Source: a virus. Taken from it: a DNA stretch of 64,000 nt. Below the pieces are notes generated by a model. That model was not told where the DNA came from and searched no databases. It saw only the letters and a list, made by a program, of their open reading frames with translations. The translations under genes and the position numbers were made by a program. The stretch is taken from positions 13,946-77,945 of IMG/VR virus record IMGVR_UViG_3300045988_119557; one strand, written 5' to 3'. This document shows positions 54,234 through 62,294 of the stretch, piece by piece; the first letter of the stretch is position 1, and every line of letters begins with the position of its first letter.

Positions 54234-54563
54234 TTATTCAAAAGGAGGTATTGGCATCCAATGCGTTATGGCTAATCTTTCGTCATTGACATTTGCGTTT
54301 GTTTCCCATTCACCTAAAGTTGAAAGAAAACAAATAAGGCGTCCATAAGCTCCTTTAGTTAAAACTACTGTGTTAGCTACAGGTAACCGTTCTTTCACAC
54401 TTATCCAAGGTGATCGCTTCGCTTGCCATTCAGACCCATTTTCAAAAGCAAGAACAAGCATTTCCTTAATGTCTAAAATACCATTTGGAACTCCGTTTCT
54501 TCCGAATGAATTAATTACTGAATCTGCATATTCCCTTGCGGTTTCTTGAAATGTTTTCTTCAT
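54234..54563 (-). CDS. DUF551 domain protein
   Basis: WISVKERLP..VLTKG..GEWETN..ITHWMPIPP fits the DUF551 pattern. Confidence 0.7.
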   Translation of the reverse strand: MKKTFQETAREYADSVINSFGRNGVPNGILDIKEMLVLAFENGSEWQAKRSPWISVKERLPVANTVVLTKGAYGRLICFLSTLGEWETNANVNDERLAITHWMPIPPFE

Positions 54564-54566
54564 TTA

Positions 54567-54905
54567 TTATTTCTTTCTTATTTGCATTCTTAATTCAAAA
54601 ATCTCTTGCAGATGTTCTTCGATTACATTTAATAATCTTTTGTTTTCTGCTTGTAATCGAGAAGTTTTTAATTCATAAGCCTTAATACAATCATTCAGTT
54701 CATTTTTAGCTTTATCCTCAAAAGTATCTACATTATTAGCGCTATTTGCACTACATTCCAATCTATGAACCCGAACTTTCAAAGACTCAATATCAGATTC
54801 AATCTTATCAGTTCCATGATTTAAACTACATTCTTCGGAATTGAAAAATTCGCGAATCAAGTTTAAAACGCTCTCCTTTTTTGATTTACTTTTAAATAAC
54901 TTCAT
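54567..54905 (-). CDS. coiled-coil hypothetical protein
   Basis: 112-aa ORF with ATGA overlap to the upstream small HTH ORF. Confidence 0.5.
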   Translation of the reverse strand: MKLFKSKSKKESVLNLIREFFNSEECSLNHGTDKIESDIESLKVRVHRLECSANSANNVDTFEDKAKNELNDCIKAYELKTSRLQAENKRLLNVIEEHLQEIFELRMQIRKK

Positions 54906-55066
54906 GGCTTTTTGTTTTTTAATTCTTCATCGGTTAGTTTTATGAAAATGGTTTTATCTATAGTAACGGTCTTAACTAAACCTTTTAATATTCTCACTCG
55001 GATCATCTCTTTAGACAAATCCAACATTTTTGCATAAGTGCTAATTCTAACTAAATTTTCGTACAT
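54902..55066 (-). CDS. small helix-turn-helix (HTH_17-type) protein, 54 aa, below the ORF-track cutoff
   Basis: Hand translation: MYENLVRISTYAKMLDLSKEMIRVRILKGLVKTVTIDKTIFIKLTDEELKNKKP. It starts 2 nt after the upstream stop. Confidence 0.5.
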   Translation of the reverse strand: MYENLVRISTYAKMLDLSKEMIRVRILKGLVKTVTIDKTIFIKLTDEELKNKKP

Positions 55067-55067
55067 A

Positions 55068-55787
55068 TTACTTTCTTTTGTTTTTAATGGTTTTACTTAT
55101 AAAATCAACTCCTTTTTGGTAAACAAGCGTCTTAATGTTCATACATGGCTCTCCATTTTTCATGTATTTTTGCTCTATAACTCTAAAATATCCGCGATCA
55201 ACATAGATTTGGAAAGGAACATTATTCGACATTAATATCTTTTCATTTCTTAAAAACTCAAAGAGATTGTTTCGCCCCATTCCTTTAATACCTAAAACTT
55301 TAGCTACATCATTCATGGATATTGCAGTCTTACTGTCAGCAACAGTATCGAAGAACTCAGCCTTGGGCTTCATCTCCTTATTTTCAAGTTGAAGCCTTTC
55401 GTTCTCCTCAACTTTGTCAGCGAGTTGCCTCAACGCTTCTGCATAGCTTGGAAGTTTAGGCTGAACCGAATAACTTCCATTTTTGCGGATTGAAGGCAGA
55501 ACTTCCGAAGTAATCCATTTTCTAAACTTTTTGGCTTCTGGCTTGCGGGAGTCAAGTATTACGTCATACAAACCGTCTTCGTTGACAAAGTTCGCTTGTT
55601 GAATTCCTCCTGCTGTTAAAAGGGGGTACTTTGAAAGTACATCCTCTCCCAAACGTTGGGCTACCTTGCTTGGAGTAAGATCTAATACCAGACAAAGGTC
55701 TGCCAAACAAAACATTGGTTCTCCATTCTCATTCATTGCAATTCTTACTTGTCCAAATTGCTCGTTTTCAAAAATCTTTAATTCCAT
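55068..55787 (-). CDS. Bro-N / KilAC-type antirepressor
   Basis: IFENEQFGQVRI..EPMFCLADLCLVLDL..GLYDVILDSRKPEAKKFRKWITSEVLPSIRKNGSY, plus a KilAC half (FFDTVADSKTAISMNDVAKVLG). Confidence 0.8.
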   Translation of the reverse strand: MELKIFENEQFGQVRIAMNENGEPMFCLADLCLVLDLTPSKVAQRLGEDVLSKYPLLTAGGIQQANFVNEDGLYDVILDSRKPEAKKFRKWITSEVLPSIRKNGSYSVQPKLPSYAEALRQLADKVEENERLQLENKEMKPKAEFFDTVADSKTAISMNDVAKVLGIKGMGRNNLFEFLRNEKILMSNNVPFQIYVDRGYFRVIEQKYMKNGEPCMNIKTLVYQKGVDFISKTIKNKRK

Positions 55788-55850
55788 ATTTAATATTTTA
55801 AATTACTCTGCAAATACAATGGTTAATTGTCAATAACCAAACAAAAAGAG

Positions 55851-55880
55851 CGAAAAAAGAGGAGAATTTAACCTCCTCTT
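55851..55880 (-). terminator. intrinsic terminator after the sliding-clamp gene
   Basis: AAGAGGAG (55857-55864) pairs with CTCCTCTT (55873-55880). The hairpin is followed by a T-run on both strands. Confidence 0.6.
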
Positions 55881-55911
55881 GCTTTTTAATACATTTTTTA
55901 TAGCTAAATCA

Positions 55912-57048
55912 TTAATGAAATGGACATGTTATAGCAAGTTCAGAATCATATTCTGTGTTTTTTATTTTAATGGGAGTACTTTCTCCCGTAAAACATAAAC
56001 TCACCTTATCACACATAATAGAATTGACTACCATAGAAAGATAACTTATGCTAAATCTTTGAGTTATTGGAACGACTTCTCCATCAGATTCAAAAGGTAT
56101 CAATTCTTCTGCTTTTTTATTATAGTCAATGTTTTCGGCATAGATATAAATGCTGTTATCTATAACACTTACATCACATACGCTGTTAATATTATCCGAA
56201 AGCAAAGAAATACGTCGTAAAGCAGAAATTAATGCTTTTTTATCAACATTGATACATGTCTTATCAGGAAGATTGATCAGCCTGTCAAATGGAGGAAGAG
56301 CTTTTTTCTCTAATTTTTGAATCAGAACCATCACATCTCCACAAACAAACATCATATTGTTTTCTGAATTTGTTATTTTAACATTCTTGTCCTTAATTGA
56401 TTTTAAAGCAGATTCTAACCCATCAAAAGCCGTTTTATCAATAGAAAGTGTACATTCTCCCTTATAATCAATTTCTGGGAAGACATCATGGTAAATATTA
56501 TGCCCTTCAGAAGCGTATACTTTGGCAGTACCTTCAGACAATACGATATGCACGCATTGTTTGTTTGGGAAAAATTCATCCTCTAACAAAAAGGGTTTGC
56601 TCTTTTCAATCCAATATAATAGCATATTTGCATCAAAAAGGAAAGATTCAGTATTAGTATCTATTTTTAATACTGGAAATTCGCGAGCATCTTCAAGAGG
56701 AAATTTAATCGAACCATTCTCTGCCTTAATCTCTGCAATGCCTTTATATAAATTTTGCGCAGTTCTTTCTTCTTCGATATTGATTTCAATTAAATCATCA
56801 TTAATCAAAGAAATGTATTTTCTCAATTCTATAGAATCAATGCAAAATACAATATCTTCTTCCGAAGATTCTACTGGGCATTTTGCTTTAATAGCATTTT
56901 TACCATTATAAGACATAATCCAGCAATCATTTCCCTTTATTGTTATTTTAGCACATCCCAAAATAGGAAGAATCTTCTTGCTTCCTGCATAACCACCTCC
57001 GACTACAAGTCCGGAAATTAAACTTTTTCTGTTAAATACGATTTTCAT
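55912..57048 (-). CDS. dnaN: DNA polymerase III beta subunit-like sliding clamp
   Basis: 378 aa. N-terminus MKIVFNRKSLISGL..SKKILPILGCAKITIKGNDCWIMSYNGKNAIKAK fits the DnaN pattern and length. Confidence 0.75.
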   Translation of the reverse strand: MKIVFNRKSLISGLVVGGGYAGSKKILPILGCAKITIKGNDCWIMSYNGKNAIKAKCPVESSEEDIVFCIDSIELRKYISLINDDLIEINIEEERTAQNLYKGIAEIKAENGSIKFPLEDAREFPVLKIDTNTESFLFDANMLLYWIEKSKPFLLEDEFFPNKQCVHIVLSEGTAKVYASEGHNIYHDVFPEIDYKGECTLSIDKTAFDGLESALKSIKDKNVKITNSENNMMFVCGDVMVLIQKLEKKALPPFDRLINLPDKTCINVDKKALISALRRISLLSDNINSVCDVSVIDNSIYIYAENIDYNKKAEELIPFESDGEVVPITQRFSISYLSMVVNSIMCDKVSLCFTGESTPIKIKNTEYDSELAITCPFH

Positions 57049-57191
57049 TGTCCAACTATTATTTTTAAAATTTCATCTATTCCATTTCTTAAAATCTCTT
57101 CATTTTATTGTAGGCATTATACTCAACCTCCATTGTCTTTACAAAATTTCTTGCCTCTTGTGATTTCATATTTTCTTTGATTTGAATTAAA

Positions 57192-58808
57192 CTATGCTGT
57201 CACTTTTCTTAATTCTCGTAGTTTCCTGCCGACAGCTTCGCAGAGAACTCTTGCCATCGTCACCTCTACCGCATTCCCAATAAACTTCTTCTGTTCGGCT
57301 TGTGTACCGATCAGTCTATAGTCTTTTGGAAATCCCATGATTTGTTTAAGTTCAGGTATCTTAAGCATACGCATCAAGATATCAACTATGCCATATAGAG
57401 CCATGAACTCCTTTATCTTCCGGGTCATGGGGCTATCGCTTTCATATACCCTAATAAGAAAATCACCTTCTTGCGCACATACTAAGTAAGGTGGCATCTT
57501 ATCCATGCGTGCGATGAGAGTAAAGCATGGATTTTCTATATTGCCGCCGGCAGACATAAACTGTGGATTCATCAGGTAGTGCCACTTTCGGTTGGCGGTG
57601 ATAACTGGTGCAGGATCATCTACCTGGCTGACATTATCGCCATTGCCATAATACGCAGCGAGGAACTTCACACCTACCAAAGCATGATTATCCTTGCACT
57701 TGACAGTATGTGCGGGTCCATCAATAGGAATATTCTTACTTTCCGGGTGACCACTGAAATACTTTGAGAGGAAATGACAGTCTACCTTTGCAAATCGGTT
57801 GTTAGTAGTAAGCACTCCACAAGGTTCTTCTACTGATTTACAAGTATCTTGAGGACGACATGTATTGTATCTGGAAAGGAACTGAACATTTACTACACCT
57901 AAACGACCTTGGCAACTGATGGTTGGGCATGGTTCGTCTATTCCGGGAGGAATATGTTTTCCAGTCTTTCCGTTGGTTGAGTTATATTTCAGTAGCCATT
58001 TATCTTTTCCACCTACTACAAACTTAATGAGACCAGCATAGATGCGTTCAAGTGTTTTCTCTGACAATGGCTTCTTCCGGGTGAAGATACTTGTTCCTTC
58101 GTCTTCAAAATCTAATACATCCTTTACAGGTTTCCATTTTGCAAGGCTGCCGAACATATCTTGCTTGCCTTCTTTGCAGTGGGTGGGTTCTGGAAACACA
58201 ATTGGTAGCTCATTCTTGGCAAAGATGCCAAAAAAACGCTTCCGACTGGTGTATGCTCCATAGTCAGCAGCATTCATTATCCGGTGATCGAAGTTATATC
58301 CATAAGATTTCACGTTATGCACCCAACGGGTGTAGTCTTCTCCTTTGTTCATGGATATTGGCCTACCATTCTCATCCATCGGGCCCCATGACATGAACTC
58401 TTCTACATTTTCAATCTGGATATAATCTGGGTTAAGGGATTCGATATAACGAAAAAGATGTTCAGCCAGTGTCCGGCTGTCTGCATCCCGAGGCTGGCCA
58501 CCTTTGGCTTTTGAGAAGTTCGTACACTCTAAAGATGCCCAAAGTACCAAGCGAGCTTCCGGATATAATTGCTTCATCCGTTGTACGTGTGTAACCAGTG
58601 GAGAAAACTCAAGTGTTCGAATGTCTTCTGTGAAGTGCATCGCCTCCGGATGATTAGCCGCATGACTGGCAATGGCATTGGCGTCATGATTGACACAGGC
58701 AATTACTTTTGCACATTGTTCTCCATTTATTCGGGCAGATTCAACACCTGTAGAGGTTCCACCAGCTCCACAGAATAAATCAATGTATAGCAGGTCTATA
58801 GTATTCAT
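57192..58808 (-). CDS. C5 DNA cytosine methyltransferase, intact, with a large target-recognition region
   Basis: IDLFCGAGGTSTG (motif I), ASLECTNFS (motif IV variant), IQIENVEEF (VI), AADYGAYTSRKRFFGIF (VIII), LKQIMGFPKDY (IX), IGNAVEV (X). The start is trimmed to MNTIDLL. Confidence 0.85.
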   Translation of the reverse strand: MNTIDLLYIDLFCGAGGTSTGVESARINGEQCAKVIACVNHDANAIASHAANHPEAMHFTEDIRTLEFSPLVTHVQRMKQLYPEARLVLWASLECTNFSKAKGGQPRDADSRTLAEHLFRYIESLNPDYIQIENVEEFMSWGPMDENGRPISMNKGEDYTRWVHNVKSYGYNFDHRIMNAADYGAYTSRKRFFGIFAKNELPIVFPEPTHCKEGKQDMFGSLAKWKPVKDVLDFEDEGTSIFTRKKPLSEKTLERIYAGLIKFVVGGKDKWLLKYNSTNGKTGKHIPPGIDEPCPTISCQGRLGVVNVQFLSRYNTCRPQDTCKSVEEPCGVLTTNNRFAKVDCHFLSKYFSGHPESKNIPIDGPAHTVKCKDNHALVGVKFLAAYYGNGDNVSQVDDPAPVITANRKWHYLMNPQFMSAGGNIENPCFTLIARMDKMPPYLVCAQEGDFLIRVYESDSPMTRKIKEFMALYGIVDILMRMLKIPELKQIMGFPKDYRLIGTQAEQKKFIGNAVEVTMARVLCEAVGRKLRELRKVTA

Positions 58809-58818
58809 TTCTGTTCTA

Positions 58819-59052
58819 TTATTCGTTAATATTAGGAATCTGACCAACTTTCATGTAGTAGTCCATATTTTCATGCAGAGAGCTTTCTTTTCCGTTTATT
58901 ATATCAACTACATTATTCCATGAACGCATTACATTCCGAGCCAAACATGATTGTCTTTTTGGACAATCAAGCGCATTTGCTACCATCCGAAGCGTATTAG
59001 CTATTTCTTTAAGCTCCCAAAGAGGAACATTAATGGTTTCATTCACTTTCAT
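58819..59052 (-). CDS. hypothetical protein
   Basis: 77-aa ORF in the operon. Confidence 0.45.
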   Translation of the reverse strand: MKVNETINVPLWELKEIANTLRMVANALDCPKRQSCLARNVMRSWNNVVDIINGKESSLHENMDYYMKVGQIPNINE

Positions 59053-59198
59053 AAGATATTTATTTTTTCGTTATTCAACATTTCTGCAAATTCTGCAATT
59101 ATACCATCTCTATCAACGTCAAGAACCCAATTGTCTAATACAGATAAAAGGGCTTCAATGGATTTTTCTTTCTGAGCTTCAACTCCCTTCTTAAACAT
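59049..59198 (-). CDS. hypothetical small protein (49 aa)
   Basis: Hand translation: MFKKGVEAQKEKSIEALLSVLDNWVLDVDRDGIIAEFAEMLNNEKINIL. Start/stop overlaps on both sides. Confidence 0.35.
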   Translation of the reverse strand: MFKKGVEAQKEKSIEALLSVLDNWVLDVDRDGIIAEFAEMLNNEKINIL

Positions 59199-59361
59199 AT
59201 TCACCCGGCTTTAAGATTATAAACCTAACACCGTCTATCATAACAGAATCAACAGCATCTTTCCGAATCCATTGCGCCACAGTCTCGCGAACAACACTGC
59301 GAAGCTCCGCATAGTGACGAACAGTTACCAATCTACTAATGTCATACATCTTTTTCTCCAT
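59191..59361 (-). CDS. small helix-turn-helix (HTH_17-type) protein, 56 aa
   Basis: Hand translation: MEKKMYDISRLVTVRHYAELRSVVRETVAQWIRKDAVDSVMIDGVRFIILKPGEYV. Confidence 0.5.
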   Translation of the reverse strand: MEKKMYDISRLVTVRHYAELRSVVRETVAQWIRKDAVDSVMIDGVRFIILKPGEYV

Positions 59362-59363
59362 AA

Positions 59364-60065
59364 TTACTTTGTTTTAAATAAGTTAATAATAAAATCTCTT
59401 CCTCTACCAGTCCAACGTCTATCATATTGAATTGTTCCGTTGTCAAGCTGTATTTGTTTTACCGAAGTATATCCTTTTTCAGAGTACTCGGAATACATCA
59501 ACCATGTGCCGTTCTGCTTATACTGAATACGTTTTTCTTCAAGCAGCTTATTTAAAGCTATGGCAGACTTCATCCCAAGTTCTTTGGCAATCTCACTCGA
59601 TGTATATGTCTTGCCATTATGAACGAGAAGTTTCACGTGCTCTTTAGCCTCTTTCGCTTCAAGCAAAGCTTGCTGCTTCTCCTCCTCGCTTTTAACTAAA
59701 GCCTTCAATGCTTCGAGATAAGTCTGAGGAAGGGCGGGAACGTTCCGTCTTTCCTTTGCTTCGAGTTCTTCCCATCTATCTATAATTTTAGACCGCAAAA
59801 CAACATTATACCCACTTGCAAGCAATAAACAAGATTTCTTATCAAGTTCATACATTGGTCTCTTTTCACCTTTCGCATCTGTGTATTCAACCAGTACAAA
59901 AATGTACCCGTTGTTTTCTCCAAGTTGATCTATCAGATTTCTAATATCACGCATAACAATCTTATGCTCTTTACCTGTAAGATCTGCAATCTCTTTTGAG
60001 GTCATACACTCTTTTGCGTTTATAGTTGCGCCAACTTTCTCTAAATTAAATTCCATTCCTTTCAT
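59364..60065 (-). CDS. Rha-family regulatory protein with KilAC-like C-domain
   Basis: MTSKEIADLTGKEHKIVMRDIRNL..YTDAKGEKRPMYEL. The start is trimmed to MKGMEF, downstream of the promoter box at 60082-60089. Confidence 0.8.
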   Translation of the reverse strand: MKGMEFNLEKVGATINAKECMTSKEIADLTGKEHKIVMRDIRNLIDQLGENNGYIFVLVEYTDAKGEKRPMYELDKKSCLLLASGYNVVLRSKIIDRWEELEAKERRNVPALPQTYLEALKALVKSEEEKQQALLEAKEAKEHVKLLVHNGKTYTSSEIAKELGMKSAIALNKLLEEKRIQYKQNGTWLMYSEYSEKGYTSVKQIQLDNGTIQYDRRWTGRGRDFIINLFKTK

Positions 60066-60081
60066 CGTTTTGATTATGATG

Positions 60082-60089
60082 CAAAGATA
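60082..60089 (-). promoter_or_regulatory. Bacteroides-type -7 promoter box
   Basis: The minus strand reads TATCTTTG, 16 nt upstream of the ATG at 60065. Confidence 0.45.
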
Positions 60090-60154
60090 ATACAATGTTT
60101 GTAATTCGCAATACACAATTTGGTATTTAACTACAATTTAACACATATACACAC

Positions 60155-60195
60155 AAAAAAAAGAAGCGGACATCAGAAATAAATCCAATGTCCGC
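60155..60195 (-). terminator. intrinsic terminator after the 60287-60598 gene
   Basis: GCGGACAT (60166-60173) pairs with ATGTCCGC (60188-60195). On the minus strand the hairpin is followed by TTC then T8 (plus-strand A8 at 60155-60162). Confidence 0.65.
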
Positions 60196-60286
60196 CTGCA
60201 TAATTGAAAGAAAGGTGATGAAGAATCTAACACGATGAAAATATAAGAACTATTTAGAGGAATACAATAGAGCCTTAAAAGAAAAA

Positions 60287-60598
60287 TTAAAAATCATCAT
60301 CCACAACCTCCTCTTCGGATAATTTAGATGCTCCATGGAGGTTTATCTCTTCAAAACGCTGCTTGGCGCGATTCAAATCACCAAACTCAAAAGCCCAAAC
60401 ACCAAACGACTTACTCCGAGGATAACATACACAGTCAAAACGAACATTCTCCATACGACGAAAAACCTCGTAACTCACAACACCACTCTCCGAATGCGTC
60501 TTTTCGTAGATATAACCAAAAGGAGACTTGGACAACTGAACAAAAGAATAGCCGCTAACTTCACCACGACCTTCAAATTTTAAATCTAACTCTTTCAT
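60287..60598 (-). CDS. hypothetical protein
   Basis: ORF trimmed to MKELDLKFEGRGE. It has an acidic C-terminus. No family recognised. Confidence 0.5.
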   Translation of the reverse strand: MKELDLKFEGRGEVSGYSFVQLSKSPFGYIYEKTHSESGVVSYEVFRRMENVRFDCVCYPRSKSFGVWAFEFGDLNRAKQRFEEINLHGASKLSEEEVVDDDF

Positions 60599-60744
60599 AA
60601 AAACATGTTTGTTAATTAATACTGCATTATAGCTAATTTTCAACTTTAATAAGAAAAACAAGGAAACTATCACGAAACGTCAGAAAGTCTCTAAAATACG
60701 AATGTATTAGGCTTATTTCAAACGCAAACGATAAGTTTACTGCG

Positions 60745-60752
60745 CAAAGATA
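60745..60752 (-). promoter_or_regulatory. Bacteroides-type -7 promoter box (leftward early promoter)
   Basis: The minus strand reads TATCTTTG. Confidence 0.4.
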
Positions 60753-60784
60753 GAGAAAAAGATTAAAGCGGCAAATTTAAAAAG

Positions 60785-60830
60785 AAAAAAAGAGGATAAC
60801 GCAAAAAAAACGAAATCCTCTACTCTTTTT
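60785..60830. terminator. bidirectional terminator-like hairpin
   Basis: AGAGGAT (60791-60797) pairs with ATCCTCT (60815-60821). T5 follows on the plus strand and T6 on the minus strand. Confidence 0.55.
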
Positions 60831-60859
60831 AAGTGCAGTAGCCCCATTCAAGACGAAAC

Positions 60860-60886
60860 AGTGCACTATTAGAAATAGTGCACTAT
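60860..60886. repeat. operator-like repeat: AGTGCACTAT twice, also forming a 9-bp inverted repeat
   Basis: AGTGCACTAT at 60860-60869 and 60877-60886. GTGCACTAT (60861-60869) is the reverse complement of ATAGTGCAC (60875-60883). Confidence 0.6.
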
Positions 60887-60900
60887 GGACAAATCAAATG

Positions 60901-60908
60901 CAAATATA
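60901..60908 (-). promoter_or_regulatory. Bacteroides-type -7 promoter box reading into the repeat and the terminator
   Basis: The minus strand reads TATATTTG. Confidence 0.4.
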
Positions 60909-61611
60909 GACAATAATTGGAAAATTTAAAAGAAATGAAGAGAAAATAAAGCGTAGAATACATAAAATATGAATAACAAACTGATTTTCAGAAAAATAAA
61001 AAAAATGAAAAGTAAAAAAATTGAGAAAGGGTAGACTGAGCCCAATATCCGAAAGACGGGAGGGGGTGAGTGCCACGGGGATAGCCAGCGACAAAAGGAG
61101 GTCAAACATCGACGAGGACACTAATACATCGGCAAAATAGAGACTTTTATACTAAAATGGTATATCTGTATACATTGGTGTGAAATATCGCCTAATTTAG
61201 CCTTAAAACGCGTCTTATTCGTTCGTTTAGTGTTTTGGGAGTTAAAATATAAAACTTGAAGCACGTAGAAAAGCAATATTTACGCTTTTTGAGGCGCTTT
61301 TTCATCATTTGGAGGGTGTTCTTGCGAGAAAGGGCGCGAGCCCGCCTAAACTATACCCGCTCCGCTCTTTTTTCTTTGCCTCTTTCTTTTCCTTCATTCT
61401 CCATCCTGGTACTTTCTTCATTTGCATTTTCTTTTTGCCTTATTTTCATTCTTTCCATTTCTCTTTCTGTTATTCTTTTGATTGTATCTTTATTGCTTTC
61501 TTCTTCTCCCTCTTTTATTCTTTCTCTAAAGTTCCATTTATTTTTTCTATGATAATAATGCTCGTCATAGATTTATTCTATTGACTCTTTGTTACCGCTT
61601 GGTAACATTGT

Positions 61612-61740
61612 GTATTGTCTATATTATATATATATTAATATTAATATTATATCGTGTTATATATAAATATCCAAGTAATATATATACTTCACTACGTTAC
61701 GTAATATATTACATTGTATATTCATATAAACACTATAGTG
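61612..61740. other. extremely AT-rich (TA-rich) tract, candidate DNA unwinding element
   Basis: ..ATATTATATATATATTAATATTAATATTATAT..ATATATAAATAT.. with the palindromes GTTACC..GGTAAC (61591-61606) and TTACGTAA nearby. No plausible ORF. Confidence 0.4.
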
Positions 61741-61863
61741 TAAAATCTTCGATTTTGTTGGTATTTACAGTTAACAAACCTTTAATACGTTCTTTTGTTG
61801 TTAATAGGTGTTATATATCTGTCTTTTTACGTGTTGTTGTTTGGCTATTCCGAATATAACACC

Positions 61864-61871
61864 TATATTTG
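61864..61871 (+). promoter_or_regulatory. Bacteroides-type -7 promoter box (rightward)
   Basis: TATATTTG. The first convincing ORF downstream begins at 62295. Confidence 0.4.
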
Positions 61872-62294
61872 TATCAGAAACAAAGAGATAAAGATTCTCT
61901 TAAAGTTCTAAAGTAGTTCTTTCATTTACTTCCATACTGACAAACCTGTAAGACTGGTTACAGGTTCTATTTACTACCATTCAAATAAGCAACATTCATA
62001 AGCGTTATGTTATAATGTTATCATCGTATTTTTTCTTTTATTCTTCGATGTATAAAGAAGTATTTAGGCGTTATGTGTGTAGATATACTTGTTATATCTA
62101 TGTGCTTGACTTTTTTCGTTTCCTTTACGCTGTTTGGTGGTGATTCTGAATAAAAGAAAAGGTTGAGGAATAAAGGTAGTACTCAACCACTTTAATGTAG
62201 CCTGCATATACTTTGTATGCTGACAGTCTAAAGCCTGTGAAATACAGATAGGAGCAATAAATATTAAATATAAACCCTTTAAGCATATAGAGTT

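Noticed and set aside
60909-61560. A possible long inverted repeat between the A-rich arm (about 60909-61030) and the T/C-rich arm (about 61366-61550), for example AGAAATGAAGAGAAAATAAAGC versus the reverse complement AGAAATGGAAAGAATGAAAATAAGGC.
   Set aside because: The similarity is patchy and occurs in low-complexity purine tracts, where chance matches are expected. I report only the compositional mirror, not a true inverted repeat.
61256-61859. Three overlapping or adjacent ORFs (98, 91 and 92 aa), plus 60894-61121 on the minus strand, lie in the control region.
   Set aside because: Their translations are F/L/S/I/Y strings produced by polypyrimidine and TA-rich DNA. No start context, partner genes or motifs are present, so I treat the region as non-coding.
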